Shown: positions 1-15,198, counted from the first letter of the stretch. The stretch: 64,000 nt of DNA from the human T2T-CHM13v2.0 reference genome, Homo sapiens (GCF_009914755.1 NC_060931.1); one strand, 5' to 3'. Translations and numbers: made by a program. The notes: generated from the letters alone by a model not told the origin.

Positions 1-830
1 TTGTCTGGAGGCTAAAGTCTGGAATGGGGACCTTAGGACTCTGCCTGGTGTTCTATACCACTGTGGCTGAGTTGGTATCCAAGTTTCAAGAAAAGAGTCC
101 TTTTTACTCTTCCTTCCTCTCTCCTCAAGCAGAAGGAAGGAGTCTCTCCTGAAGCTGCAAGCTGTGATGCCTCAGGTTGAGGGATGGCTGGTGCAAGCAC
201 TCCCTTGGCTGCCACAGCTGTGTCTCATTGGGTTGCATGCCTCCCTGCCTCCCAAGTCCACTGGCTCTGAACACAGCATAGCACCAGTGCTTTCCCAGGA
301 ATGGCAGTTCTTGAGGCCTAGACTGCCTTTCAAGTTTATTTAGAACACCAGAACACTTTAGCCTACAGTGGAAAGACTTGCCAAAACTCAGGTTCTGACT
401 GCTGGGATGGGCAACTCCCCTCTGGCGAGGGCTGTTCTAAATATCCCCACTGTAGGAACCAGATGAGTTCTTCTCAATGTTGCTTTCTGCTGCTATAGGT
501 CAGCATGGAATTCCAATGCAAAGTCCCACAATCACTACACTCTCCCTTCCTCAAGCACACAGATTCTCTCTCTGTGCCATGTGGCCACTGCTGAGGGATG
601 GGGAAGGAGTTGCATCAGCAATTCAAGACTATCTTTTCTACCCTTTTCAGTGTCTCTCTCAGTTAAATGAAGTTAAAACCAGGTGCTGTGATAACTCACC
701 TGATTTTTTGGTCCTTATGAACCTAAATATTTTTTGATTTTTTGTGTGGATAGTTGTTCAATTTGGTGTTTCTTCAAGGAGGACAGTTGGTGGAAGCTTC
801 TATTCAGCCTTCATGCTCTGACTCCTCTCC
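1..830 (-). mobile_element. L1MA/L1M-type LINE-1 5' UTR region (element continues off the left edge)
   Basis: Its reverse complement aligns by eye with the + strand L1 5' end at 33375-34410 (e.g. 'ctcagccacagt', 'gaatagaagc/gaatagagcc'). Confidence 0.7.
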
Positions 831-1982
831 CTATTTTAACCATTTTTACTGTACTTTCAATGGCATTAAGTACATGCACATAGTTTTACAACAATCATCA
901 CCATCCATCTCTATAATTCTTTTCATCATGAAAAACTTAAATTCCTTTCTCATTAAACAATAACCCCCTATTCTCACTCCCTCAGCCCCTGTAAGAAATT
1001 ATTCTAAATTCTGTAGATTTAGTCTATGAATTTGACTATTCTAGGTATCTTGTATAAGTGTAATCATGCTATATATCAACCTTGTGTCTGGCTTATTCAC
1101 TTAGCCTATTGTCTTCAAGATTCGTCCACACTGTAGTATGTTTCAGAATTTTCTTCCTTTTTTTAAGGCTGAATAATGTTTCTTTGTATATATTTTGTTT
1201 ATCTACTCATCTGAAGGTAGAAACTTAGATTGCTTCCACATTTTACCTATTGCAAATAGTACTGCTATGAATTTGAGTATACAAAGGCTATGGACTGACT
1301 TGTTTACCCACAAAATGTGTATTTTGAAACTTTAACCTTCAATGTGACAGTATTTGGAGACAGTGTTTTTAGGATATAATTATGATTCAATAAGATCAAA
1401 AGGATGGGGTCTTTATCTGATAGGACTTTTGGCCTTGGAAGAGAAAGAGATTAAATGATTTTTGTCTTTCAATGCACAAAGGAAAAGACATCTGAACACA
1501 CAGGGAGAATGCAGCAGTGTGCAAGCAAGGAAGAGAGACATCACCAGGAATGAAACTGGCTAACACTTTAATCTTGGACTTACCAGCCTCTAGAACTATG
1601 AGAAATAAATTGCTGTTGGTTTAACCCACCCAGTCTATGGTATTTCATTATGGCAGCTGTACAGGACTAACATAAGAAAATCTGTTCAAATTATTGTTTT
1701 TAATTTTTTTAGTAGACACCCAAAAGTGGAATTGCTAGATCATATTACAATTCTATTTTTAATTTTTTGAGGAAGGGCCATGCTGTCATTCATAGCAGCT
1801 GTACTATTTGCATTTTTACAAGCAGTGAACAAGGATTTCAATTTCTCCACATCCTGGCCAATACTCTGTGCTGTTTTGCTTTATTGCTTACTTGTCTTTT
1901 ATAATAACCATCTTAATGTGTATAAAGTGGTATCTCTTTATGGTTTTGATTTGCTTTTCATAATGATCAGTTACGTTGATGA
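831..1982 (-). mobile_element. L1MB-type LINE-1 3' end fragment, interrupted by an MLT1A LTR
   Basis: Typical antisense L1M 3' UTR text ('ggcattaagtacat', 'gtggaattgctagatcatat', 'ataataaccatctt'); it resumes after the LTR. Confidence 0.75.
1287..1672 (+). mobile_element. MaLR solo LTR, MLT1A-like
   Basis: Starts 'gctatggactga', contains 'gtatttggaga' and 'cttggacttaccagcctctagaactatgagaaataaatt', ends 'cagtctatggtattt...ctaaca'. Confidence 0.8.
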
Positions 1983-2282
<300 letters not shown>

Positions 2283-3593
2283 ATGTTGATGATATTTCAT
2301 GTCACCTTTCACCTTTAACTCTCTTTTGTCCTTGTTCTCTGAATTATTTAGCATATTTTCATACTGTTTCCTGTGTTTATAATAAAAATTGCACCTTATT
2401 TACCGGGAAAGAAGTTCAATTTTTGCTTAAAATCTATCTTCTTTGTAAAATCTTCATGAATCCTATTTTCATATTAACATATCTTTTTCTGGATATCTAT
2501 TATCTTCTTTATACGATGATTACTGCAATTTCCACAGCTTGAAGTGGATTATATTAGACATATATGGGTCTTCTTCTACTTGACAAAACTTTGTTCTTAT
2601 TCATTTTGTTTTTCCCAGCATCTATAAATGCTGAATTAATTCATTCACAAAGAAGAACTCTTTGTTTGGAATATTCATTAGTGCTTTTGTATATTAATGT
2701 GTAGTTTTATGCGTGATTATGCCATGAAATATAAATTGTATTTCCTTAGGTACGTCTAAATATCTAGGTAGAAAACCTAAGTATATTTGATATTGATGTC
2801 AGAAATAATTGATGGCTTGGTGTAAGGGAAATATTATTAGAGTATATCTTTTACGAATACTTGTACGTATATGTCATTGAATAGAAGTTTGATTACTGTT
2901 TAAGTCTCTTCATGTTGGTAATATTTATATCCTTGTAGCTAAAGTAGATATCCAAAAGTAAAAAGCTTTTCTAAGCTTCATTTGACCAGATTTTCTGGTA
3001 AACATAAATCTAATCTACTGTAGAATTTTCTTCTGTCAGACTCAAGTAGGAAAGGCAGAGTCAGAAATTTGATTGTGAACAGCAACTTGTAATTCATATG
3101 TTCCTATGACAATGGGTACTGTAAAATATTGTCCACTGAACCCTGAACCAACGGAGGGAGTTATAATATGGCATTTTTGATAGCCATCCTGCAAAATTTT
3201 GTGCTAGTCTCATCTCTTATTCTTCCTAGCAACTTATTAAAGGGGCAAGCACTATCAGTAGCAGATACAAGAAAGGACAAGGTAACACTAAAACAACATA
3301 AAATTTATTTTCTTACCTTGGGCCCAAAAGCATTCTGCAACTATAGAAAGTTTATGGAGAAGAAATTATATTACTACTTAGAAATCTAAGGTGCTATTCC
3401 AAATCTAGTGCCTTGGGTACCTATAAAGTATATAAGAGCAGAGATAAAACTCAAAATCAAGAAATAATAGTAGAGTCCCACTCTTCTCCCTCTGGTAATA
3501 AAGACAAATCCTCAGTTATAGAAGTAATTTCTATTTGGCATCATACTAATCAAGACTTCATGACTAATTTACTGAGATATTAACTCAAAATAG

Positions 3594-3961
<368 letters not shown>

Positions 3962-5209
3962 CAACTTAATCTTGTTACTAAATGATGATACGAATGTACA
4001 AGAGATCAGTTCCCAAGAGGCGGAGTGAAAAATCAGACCTTGAAATAGCAAATATTACTTAGCTTAAGTGCAATAATATATTTCATGGTAGAACACATTA
4101 AAATGTATGACTATTTATGTGAAATTTTTTTCTTGCTTAGTTTGTCTAAGAGCCCATGACATTAAGTACTACCTACTCCCATATTTCAAAATGATATGCC
4201 AGACCCTCTAGAACTGACTCACAAAGAAGTTGATTGAAAACTGATGTTTTAACCTTTAGATGACTGTTCAGTTTCAGCTTGCAAATTAGACTGGAAAGGC
4301 CAAAAAATAGGTAGAGATATAATTCTTTTGAAAAAAAAAGTGATAATTACTTGGCATTTATTTAAATGACAAGATTCTATCTAAAACAACACATACCAGC
4401 ACACCAGAGAGTCAGATGATGACCACACATGGAAAAGAAATAGGATTGTGTTGCTCTATGTCCTTCCAAAGAAGGGTATCTGGAAGAGAAAGGATAACTC
4501 AGCAGCCAAATGCTGCGGAGATCTACTCCTGGTTGTTTAGAGGTGATGGGAAAATGGACTACTAGGGGGTGGTACATAAGGAAATCACAAAGTTCCACAA
4601 GAATGAAAGTTATTTTATTCACATATGCAACAATCACATGTGAACATCAGTTTACAACTGGAAGGTCAAATGAGAATAATTCCGTGGCTCATTGCCTCTT
4701 ATTTTTCCCCAAAATATTAGATGATCAGTATGTCAGAGATTACAATTAGGAAGCTAGGAAGTAGGCTATAAGAATATTTGAAGAGACGGAATAATCTATT
4801 CAGTTTTGCCTTTGCCTGTGGCCAGCTCAAATGGGGAAGGGCATTAAAATTAGAAGGTTACTGTTAATGATTACATTGAACTGGGCATTACTGTATTAAA
4901 AAGACTGATTTTTGTTTAAAGGGACAGAATCATTTTTTATTATCTGAAAGTTATTAATAAGACTATACCATAGACCAGGAAATGAATTAGACATACAGAG
5001 TCTATTGGAAAATGAAGATCTGGGCAGAACATTTGCTCATTGATACTGAAAGGATATTGTTTCTAATCCTATTTATTGACTATACTAAAAAAAAATGTTA
5101 ATTAGTACTGATACTTCCGATTTTAAGTTACAGTTCACACGAACATCTTCATGTTCCTAATTTAATAACAAGAGTTTCCCATTTCTTTTCCATTTGTGTT
5201 TTCTAATTT

Positions 5210-5515
5210 TGTTTCTTTTAGAGACAGGTTCTGGCCATCACTCAGACTGGAGTGCAATGACATGATCATAGCTCACTGCAGCCTCAAACTCCTGGGCTCC
5301 AGCAATTCTCCTATCTCAGGTAGCCAGGACTACATGTGCATACCAACACACTTAGCTAAATTTTGTTTTTTTTTGTTTGTTTTTGTTTTTTTTTTGAGAC
5401 AGGGTCTTCCTATGTTGCACAGGCTGGTCTTGAATTACTGGCCTCAAGTAAGTGATCCTACTGTCTCAGCCTCTAAAAGTGCTGGGATTACAGGCTTTAG
5501 CCACCATGCCCAGCC
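5210..5515 (-). mobile_element. AluJ (diverged)
   Basis: J-type text 'atcatagctcactgcagcctcaaactcctgggctc'; CpG-depleted. Confidence 0.9.
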
Positions 5516-5989
5516 TCTCCATTTTATAATTGTGTCTCTTTTAAACTGAATGAGAATTATTCTAGTAACATTAACATATCAATAGATCAGATCTTTCCTG
5601 GAATTCACATAAAATAGTTAAAATCTCACAATTATGAAAAATAATAAAAGTCCTGAGGAATGATTTTTTTTTAAGCCTGAAATATATCAACACCATGCAT
5701 TCAAAGTGCTTTATCCAAAAGTCACTTGAAATCATTTTTGTGTCTTTACTTGGTATAAAAATAAATACATGCTTCCATATTTTATTCATTTTAAGGCTTT
5801 TCTTCATTTTTAACTTAATGGTAGTGATATAATTTTAAAAATATGGATATGTACATGTTTCCAAAGTCAACATTATATCAACAGGTATACTATTCTCTAC
5901 CTCATTTGAGTTATATACTCTAAGTCATTTAATTTCTAATCTGAAGATTTATTTTAATTATATTGTATCAAATTTTACCCTGTTCAAAT

Positions 5990-7400
5990 TTTTTCGCATC
6001 ATTGTTTTCTTCTCTTTGTGAGTTTCACTGCTGAAAAGTCTTGGTTTTCCTTTCTAAATAGAATATCCACATTATCTTAAATTGGATGTTCCAATTTGAC
6101 TTGAATATATGCTACTGTCAACATGCCTGTTCACAACTTCATTGTGTTTTCTTTTGTAAGTGACTTTTTCCTGCTTTGTCTTTAGTATTATTTTCTCTCA
6201 GTTTTCTCAGGTAAATAGTGACGTCTTTCAGGAATCAGGTCCACTTTAATATCAGCAAAGTGGTCTTCAATCATAAATCGTAAATTTTGGTTCAGATTCA
6301 TCTTTTCTTTTTACTTTTTAGGCAATTAGAAGCATTTTGGATCACCCTGGCCTATCTTCTATCACTTTTTCTCTGATTCTTTCCAAACTTTTAAATTAAT
6401 TTTATTCTTGTTTTTTTTTTTCATTTCTATTCAATATTTAAATCCAGAGTTAAAAATAAAAGCAAAATAAAGGGTGCATGTGTGGAAGAATAAAATACAT
6501 ATTTTATTTTTCTATACCTTAAATACATATATAAATAAAACTTAAATACAAATAAATTAAAATAATGAATTAAGCACAAATGTAAAGGAAAAGCAGAAAA
6601 AGCAAAAGATAAGGAAAAAAGAAGAAAATAATGACAGAAAAGAAAAATATAGACCAAATAATAATTAAATAAATTATCGAATCATTTAAAAAGTTACAAA
6701 TAAACCCTCAAGTAACCTCATTTTGGAAAACAGAAAGCACAAATATATAAAGTAAGAAATGAAAAGTGGAAAATAACTATTAAAACAAAAAAATGACTTA
6801 AAAAAGAAATTACTTTGTGCAAAACTATGAAAATAAATTTGAAAGCCCTGATAAATTTGATAACTTTTTGGAATTCCATCTTCATTGGAAACTACAATAG
6901 AGACCAAATGTCTAAAAGACAAAAGAAAAGTGATAAGGGATCTGCCTGCCCACCACCAAAATGACTAATTCCTGGTAATTTCTAGGAATTCTAACAAATA
7001 TCCAAAACTTAGAGATTGCCATCGCTATTTAAACTATTTCAATCACTTGCAACATAAAAGAATGTACGGGGCAATTATAAACTGATATCAAATCTTGATA
7101 AATATGACAAAAGAGAAAAAACAAATTATGCATATTTATGCAAAAATAAAATATTTGCAAATCAGAGCCAGAGGACATTCTAAAGGTAACCCCTTAAGAT
7201 AACCCAAGTCAAGTTTATCTCAGAAACAAGGCAGGAATCAAAATGAGAAAACCCATTAGCATTTATCATATTGACAAATTTGAGGAAAAAATTATAAGAT
7301 CACCTCTTTATATTTCAAAAATTTCTCAATATATTTGATTACATGAGATCAATATAAATTCCTCATTATTAAGAAAAACTAGTGTCCAGGTAAATATTTG
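5990..7400. mobile_element. Very old L1M/L1ME fragments in mixed orientation with an A-rich spacer
   Basis: Degenerate L1 ORF2-like phrases on + at ~6820-7330; T-rich antisense L1-like text at ~6000-6400. Confidence 0.45.
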
Positions 7401-8519
7401 CATAAGGTGATTTTACATAAATACAAACAAATATGATACACTAATTTGAATACTGCAATTCCAAAAAGAAATGTATACTTGCTACTCATCCTCAGACTCA
7501 AATCCTGCATTTTACCTCATAGACCTCAATTTCTAGCTGAACAATGACAATTGCCATCCATGGACAAATAAACACATACACGTATGCAGACCTGAAATTC
7601 TTTCATAGTAAATCAATTTAGATACATGGCAGATAATGAAATAAGTGCTATAATAAAAATTTGGCCTGATTAAACATGATCATACATACATGGTCCTCAG
7701 TCACAGAGACAAGAGAGGTCCAATGTTGAGATGTATACAAAATCTTTATCAATCCATTGCCATGATCCCAATTACTACCTGATGCCTACATTGCTCAGGT
7801 CTTCACAGTTCTCCTAGTCCTAGTTGCACTTTTATTAACTACAGTATTTCCTAAGAAGCGGAATCCAAATCACTGGTGATTCGGGAGAAGATTTTAGGCT
7901 TAAGCTGAGGCTCTTGAGGCATCTGCAGACTTGTGGTTCTTTTCCTCTAGTACCTCAGCTGTGACCTTGATTCTGTTAGGATTTTGCATGGCAGGGCTAC
8001 GATGTAATAATGAGTGCCCTTTGTTATCAAGGTTTAGACAGCTGTGACCACCATGTACTTCTCTCACTTCAGGTTGCACTAAGCATAAGCAACACAAAGG
8101 CAACTCATGCTTTAAGCCCTTGACTTAGCCCCAGAGCTACTTTCTGAGTCTGCTAGAACCTGAAAGCTCTGGATGGTGGAGGAGAAAAAGGAAAATCTTT
8201 TAATTCATTAAGTTTCTTGAAATCTCTTTTCCTGGGGAGAAAATGAAGACAGGCACCAGGTTGCCTCTAGCCTCCTTCATGACTGTTCAAAGAGTTCCCA
8301 GTACTTAGTAAAAACTGAAATTACGATCTGACTAATAATGTCACCCTTTCTTACCATGGATACATTTTCTCCGTGTCATGACTTTCTGAACGAAGTAGTA
8401 GAAATATTATGTGAGCATAGAGCCTCATCTTCATTTTAAACCAAGAAAGACAAAGTTAAATATCACTCCTTAAAGGGTTTTATTCTTACTGAGAAAAAAA
8501 TTTTCAGGCATAAAATATT

Positions 8520-8797
8520 TTGGATAAATTACTAAAATCATTTAAAATTGTGCTTATAATTAATTTTTTACACTTTATGGTTTAATTGCATTATTTTAAT
8601 ATTTATTTTCATATGGGACAATTGATGGTGTTCGTTTTAATTAATGATACAGGTAGAAGGTTTTCTTTTTAAAATAAATGTAAGTAAAAATGTGAATCAA
8701 TTTAAAGATAAATATTAAGCAAGTTATAGTACTGATGGTGAGATTTAACAAAAATTGTGAAAATGCTATGCAAATGCCTGAAGTATAATCATACTGG
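8520..8797. mobile_element. Possible hAT-Charlie DNA transposon fragment
   Basis: The terminus 'caaaaattgtgaaaatgctatgcaaatgcctgaagt...atactg' resembles a recalled Charlie-family end. Confidence 0.35.
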
Positions 8798-9617
8798 CTG
8801 AATAAATATGTAATCTTAGTTATCTCATGTTTTCAACAGATGTATGATGAAATCCCTGTCTTTGCCCCTAAGCCTGTTGTCCTATTTCTTAGCATGGCTG
8901 TTGATATTATCATCTATGCAGTCTAACAGTGATTCTCTCCGGCATCTTCCCATGATTATTTCCCACTTGTTGTTCTAGTAAGTCATAATGTTATCTCTAT
9001 ATGTATCTTTAGTATTATATTTGATCTCCCTCTATATTTATGATATTTATAATATCACTGGAACATGCACATATTTTACATATTGATTTTTTTTCAACCT
9101 CCATAGTTCAACCCATCTTTTGTTTAAACAATTGTTTTTCCTTTTTTTAAAAAAAAATACTTTAAGTTCTTGGATACATGTGCAGAACATCAGGTTTGTT
9201 ACACAAATATACATGTGATGTGGTGATTTGCTGCACCCATCAACCTGTCATCTACATTAGGTATTTTTCCTAATGCTAACCCTCCCTTAGACCCCCATCC
9301 CCTGACAGGCCCCAGTGTGTAATGTTCCCATTCCTGTGTCCATGTGTTCTCATTGTTCATCTCCCACTTATGAGTGAGAACATTCAGTCTTTGGTTTTCT
9401 GTTCCTGTGTTAGTTTGCTGAGAATGATGGTTTCAAGCTTCATCCATGTCCCTGCAAAGGACATGAACTCATCCATTTTTATGGCTGAGTGTTCCATGGT
9501 GTGTATGTGCTACATTTTCTTTATCCAATGTATCACTGATGGGCATTTGGGTTGGTTCCAAGTTTTTGCTATTGTGAACAGTTTTGCAATAAACATACAT
9601 GTACATGTGTCTTTATA

Positions 9618-10419
9618 TTAGAATGATTTATAATCCTTTGGGTATATACCCAGTAATGAGATTGATGGGTCAAATGGTATTTCTGGTTCTAGATCCTTGA
9701 GGAATCGCCACACTGTCTTCCACAATGGTTGAACTAATTTACACTCCCACCAACAGTGTAAAAGCATTCCTATTTCTCCACATCCTCTCCAGCACCTGTT
9801 GTTTCCTGACTTTTTCATGATCACCATTCTAACTGGCGTGAGATGGTATAACATTGTGGTTTTGACTTGCATTTCTCTAACAACCAGTGATGAGTTTTCA
9901 TATGTTTGTTGGGTGCATAAATGTCTTCTTTTGAGAAACATCTGTTCAAATCCTTCACCCACCTTTTTGATGAGGTTGTTTGTTTTTGTCTTGTAAATTT
10001 GTTTAAGTTCTTTGTAGATTCTGGATATTAGCCCTTTGTCAGATGGATAGATTGCAAAAATTTTCTTCCATTTTGTAGGTTGCCTGTTCACTCTGATGGT
10101 AGTTTCTTTTGCTGTGCAGAAACTCTTTAGTTTAATTAGATCCCAATTGTCAATTTTGGCTTTTCTTACCATTGCTATTGGTGTTTTAGTCATGATGTCT
10201 TTGCCCATGCCTATGTCCTGAGTGGTACTGCCTGGGTTTTCTGCTAGGGTTTTTATGGTTTTAGGTCTTACTTTAAGTCTTTAATCCATCTTGAGATAGT
10301 TTTTGAATAAGATGTTAGGAAGGGGTCCAGTTTCAGGTTTCTGCATATGGCTAGCCAATTTTCCCAACACCATTTATTAAATAGGGAATCCTTTCCCAGT
10401 TGCTTGTTTTTGTCAGGTT
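9618..10419 (-). pseudogene. Disrupted L1 ORF2p C-terminal region
   Basis: Translations '[15 protein letters not shown]', '[24 protein letters not shown]' and '[14 protein letters not shown]'; frameshifted. Confidence 0.9.
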
Positions 10420-11550
10420 GACGAACATCGATGAGAAAATCCTCCATTAAAAACTGGTGAACCAAATCCAGCAGCACATCAAAAAGCTTAATCAACACAA
10501 TCAAGTTGGCTTCATCCCTGGGATGCAAGGCTGGTTCAACATATGCAAATCAATAAACATAATCCATCACATAAACAGAACCAATGAAAAAAACCACATG
10601 ATTATCTCAATAGACGCAGAAAGGCCTTCGATAAAATTCAACACCCCTTCAGGCTAAAAACTCTCAATAAACTAGGTATTGATGGACGTATCTCAAAAGA
10701 ATAAGAGCTGTTTATGACAAACCCACAGCCATTATCATACTGAATAGGCAAAAGCTGGAATCATTCCCTTTGAAAACTGGCACAAGACAAGGATGTCCTC
10801 TCTCACCACTCCTATTTAACATAGTATTGGAAGTTCTGGCCATGGCAATAAGCAGGAGAAAGAAATGAAAGGTTTTCAAATAGGAAGAGAGGAAGTCAAA
10901 TCGTCTCCGTTTGCAGATGACATGATTGTCTATTTAGAAAACCCCATTGTCTCAGCCCAAAATCTCCTTGAGCTGATAAGCAACTTCAGCAAAGTCTCAG
11001 AATCCAAAATCAATGTGCAAAAATCACAAGCATTCCTATACACCAGTAACAGACAAACAGCCAAATTATGAGTGAACTCTCATCACAATTGCTACAAATA
11101 GAATAAAATACCTAGGAATCCAGCCTACAAGGGATGTGAAGGACCTCTTCAAGGAGAACTACAAATCACTGCTCAAGGAAATAAGAGAGAACACAAACAA
11201 ATGGGAAAACATTCCATGCTCATGGATAGGAAGAATCAATATCATGAAAATGGCCATACTGCCCAAAGTAATTTATAGATTCCATGCTATCCCCATTAAG
11301 CCACTATTGACTTTCTTCACAGAATTAGAAAAAGCTACTTTAAATTTTATACGGAACCAAAAAGGAGCTCATATAGCCAAGACAATCCTAAGCAAAAAGA
11401 ACAGAGCTGGAAGCATCACGCTACCTGACTTCAGACTATACTGCAAGGCTACAGCAACTAAAACAGCATGGTACTGGTACCAAAACAGATATATAGACCA
11501 ATGGAACAGAACAGAGTCCTCAGAAATAATGCCATACATCTACAACCACC
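10420..11550 (+). pseudogene. Disrupted L1 ORF2p reverse transcriptase segment (inverted part)
   Basis: Translations '[14 protein letters not shown]', '[12 protein letters not shown]' and '[11 protein letters not shown]', split by stops and frameshifts. Confidence 0.9.
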
Positions 11551-11629
11551 TGTTTAAACAATTTTTTTAAAACCTTCAGTCTTACTGATTTGTAACTCAT
11601 GTTGTGCCTTTAAGCCACCCTCATGCTCT

Positions 11630-12215
11630 CCCCAGAACTGTCATTCTAAAACACAATTCTGATCACATAACTTTCTAGATTTAAAAGCCTTCACCAATTT
11701 TTTATTTTCTATAAGCAGCACTCAATTTCAGTATGGCAAGTTTTGTCCTTTATATTCTAGCTTCAGACTAAATGCTCTCCACACAAATCCTTGCAGCATG
11801 CAGGCATGCTAGGCTTTGTAATAATAATTTATGTTTTAAAAAAGTTACTACTTCTGACAGAATTGGCTTTGCCCTCTATTTTATCTGTTAAATTCCTGCT
11901 CCTCATTTAAGATGAAACTCATTTATCATTCCCTCTTCAAAGTCTTCCTAAGTTACTAAAAGCAACATTCATTATTCATTCCTTTATGATAACACTTAGT
12001 GCTTTGCTATACTATTATAGAACATTCTACTTTATTTTGTATGATTCACATCAATGTCTACTTTTATTACTGCATAGGAGGTCTTATTCATGAGAAGCAG
12101 TGCAATACAGTGCTTCAGATCTAATATTCTGTGGTCAACAAGACCTGGGCACAAAGTCCTAGAAAAGTTGGAATTCTGGTAAATCTCAGATGAATAAATA
12201 AGTGAATGAGTTAAA
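11630..12215 (+). mobile_element. L2 3' fragment
   Basis: 'ttctaaaacacaattctgatcacat...taaaagccttc' and a terminal 'tgaataaataagtgaatga'. Confidence 0.55.
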
Positions 12216-12739
12216 TGAGCTGAGAATCCTCCCATACATCAAACTATTCTTTATCCCCAAATCTTCCTCACCTAGTACATTCCTTAAAGGCCTTGTTCCT
12301 TTTATCTTTTAACAAATTAATCCTACTTTGTGTATTGAGATTTTTTTAATGGATTTAGCAGATGGTACACAAATGACCATTCTGTAATATTTGGTAAAAT
12401 GTCACTTGTTAAAATGAGTGGGTTGAACTGGATAATATATGCTTCCTTCCATTTCCCACAGTCTCTGACCTCAAGGAGCACATCCCTGCTGTGTGATAGG
12501 CTTATGTTTACCCATGCCTTTTAAAGATTTTATTACATCAGTAAAATTATGTCATTAACACATACCAATTATGTGAATAAAGCTATTTACATTAAACATG
12601 CAATTAGATCAAATTATGCTAATAGGAAAATGCAGGATAACTAAAATTAATTTTAAAAGCAGAGAAATTAACTCAGATAAACTACATTTAAATACCATCA
12701 CATGTTTAAAAGTAAGCAAGCAAATATTCCTGTTTTATC

Positions 12740-12890
12740 TCCACTAGTTCAGACTCTAATCAACTTGTCTTCCTGCTTTCATCTTCCCTCCCCAGTCCAA
12801 ACTCTACGTATGACACAGTTACCTGTCCAAAATACAGATCCAGCATGTTCCTTCTCTGCTTAAAAACTGAAGAGTGGCACTCATTCCTTG
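12740..12890 (+). mobile_element. L2 fragment
   Basis: 'aaaatacagatccagcatgttccttctctgcttaaaa'. Confidence 0.45.
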
Positions 12891-13172
12891 TGAGAAACAA
12901 TTTGTACTTTCACTCCTCTACAGTAGGTGTGACATTAGCTTTCACTAAGTTCTGTGAGTCTTTTTAGTGAATCATCAAAACGGAGGGTGATTTGGAGAAA
13001 CCCTGAATTTGCATTTGGCATCTGATGTGAGGGTAATCTTGTATGGACTCTTGCCTCTCACTTTCTGTTTGACTTTAATTCCTTACAGCTGGAGTGAAAA
13101 TCATGGGGAAAATTGGCATTCTAGAGGACTGCACCCTTACCCTTGAGTTTGAGTTTGGCTAATTCTGGATAG
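12890..13172 (+). mobile_element. ERV LTR fragment, MER21-like
   Basis: 'aagttctgtgagtc...tagtgaatcatcaaa...gagggtgatttggagaaaccctgaatttgca'. Confidence 0.5.
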
Positions 13173-15198
13173 AAGCTTTTGTTCAAATATTTGCAATCAT
13201 TTCAAAAAATTCAATTTATTTATCAGAAAGCTACTTTGACTTCTTCACACAGGTTTAATATTTAGAACTATCATTGTCATTTCACTCAAAGCACTTGGTA
13301 ATTTCTTTCTGATTTCTTCTTCAAACCCAAGAATAATTTAAAGTGTGTTTTAGAATATTTAGGCTAGACATATTTTGAACTCTCATTTGTTAGTTTAAAA
13401 TTTTGTTAAATTTTTAGTCAATGAATTAGACCTATAGAATATCAATATTTGCAATTTAAGCTTTTTGTCTAATGCATACTTAAATTTTGCAGAGAATCTA
13501 TTGTTGGACTAGGGTAATACTTAGACTGTAAGACAAATACTATTTTGTCTGTTTTTAATTTAATATAGTAAAGCTCACTCTTTTGATTCTACAGTTTTAT
13601 GAATTTGACAAATGCAGCGTCATGTAAACATCACAACAAACAAGACTCAGGACAGTCCTATCATCCGAAATAAATTCCTTTAGTTTTAGTTATTTGTATT
13701 CAAATCTTTTCTCCACCTCTAAGCTTTAGAAAACACAAATCTGCTTTCTCTTCTACAGTTTTGTTTTTTCCAAAATGTCTACAAATGGAGTCAGATGATA
13801 TGCATTATTCTGAGTGACTTGTTTCATTTGTCATAATTCATTTTAGATTCACTGATGTTTTGTGTGTGTCGATAATTTGTAACATTTGATTATAAAGTTG
13901 AGTAGCATTTCACTGTGTGGATGTGCCACAGATTTTCTAGCCACTGACCAGTTTAAGCACATATGTGTTGTTTCCATCTTGGGGTGGCAGTGAATAAAAC
14001 TGCTACAAACTTTTGCATAGAGGTTTCTGTGTATATAAGTTTTCATTTTTTAATCTAAAACACTAAAAGTAAAATAGCCATATTATACAGTAAGTGTATA
14101 TTTAACTTCATATGAAATGGCATAACTATTCTTTAGAGTGGTTGTACCAGTAGTCTTCCTATCAGCAGTGTATGAGAATTACAGTTGCTTCTCATCTGTG
14201 CCATAATTTAGTATTTTCAATTTTTAAAATTCCACTCTAATTGTTTTTTTGTTGTTGTTGAAATGACTAAAACCTAAAACCCTCAGTTTCTTTTTATTAA
14301 ATTGGGTTATTTATTATATATTCTAATAAAAGTCATTTGTCAAATTGTGATTTGCAAATATGTTACTTCAGTCTCTGGTTTGGCTTTTAACTTTAATTTT
14401 GCTGAAGTCCAACTTGTCAACTTTTTTTAAAACATATTATGATTTTAGAGTCATATATAAAAACTTTTTACCAAATGTTTTCTCCTATGTTTTCTTATAA
14501 CAGCTTCAAAGTTTAGCTTTTATAGTTAGGTCTATGATACATTTTGAGATAGTTTTTGCATAATATGTGAGGTATATATTAAGGTTTATTTTTACATATG
14601 GATATTAAATTTTCCAGCATCTTCTTTGACAGTATTATCTTTTTTTCCAAACTAATTGCCTGTGCATCTTTGTCAAAAATTAATTGATCACATTGTGTGG
14701 GCATGTATATGGATATTCTATTCTGCTGCATCTGTGTGTACCCTTTTACCAAAACCAGACTAAAAAATTACTTTAGCTTCTTAAGTTTTGAAATCAGGTG
14801 GTGTGTGTCCTCCATATTTGATCAATTTTTTAAAAAGTCTTTCTTTTATAATTACTTTGCCTTTTCAAACAAATTTGAAAATGAGTTTGTCAGTATCTAC
14901 AAAAATTGCTATGATTTGATTGGGATATTATTGAAATTAGAATCAGTTTAGGAGAATTTGGCAACTTAAGTCTTCAAATACATGAACACAAAATATCTAT
15001 TGATTCAGGTCTTTTTTTATTTCTTTTATCAGTCTTGTGTCATTTTCACTATGCACATCTGGCATATATCTAAATGCATATTTAGATTTATAAGCATTAT
15101 ATCTTACTGGTGCTACTTAAATGGTTCTGTGTATTTAATTTAAATTTCAAATAGTTTCTTGCTAGTAGATAGAAATTATATTGATTTTTATATATTTT

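Larger units (their letters stand above)
9134..11550 (-). mobile_element. L1PA (L1PA7-like), 5'-truncated with a 5' inversion
   Basis: The 3' UTR and ORF2 end lie on - (9134-10419) and an ORF2 RT segment lies on + (10420-11550); TSD tgtttaaacaatt at 9121-9133 and 11551-11563. Confidence 0.93.

Noticed and set aside
3311-3350. Minus-strand donor aag|GTAAGA with a nearby AG
   Set aside because: Weak acceptor and no supporting ORF; isolated donors are common by chance.
9134-11550. Active L1 or functional reverse transcriptase
   Set aside because: Truncated, inverted and frameshifted.
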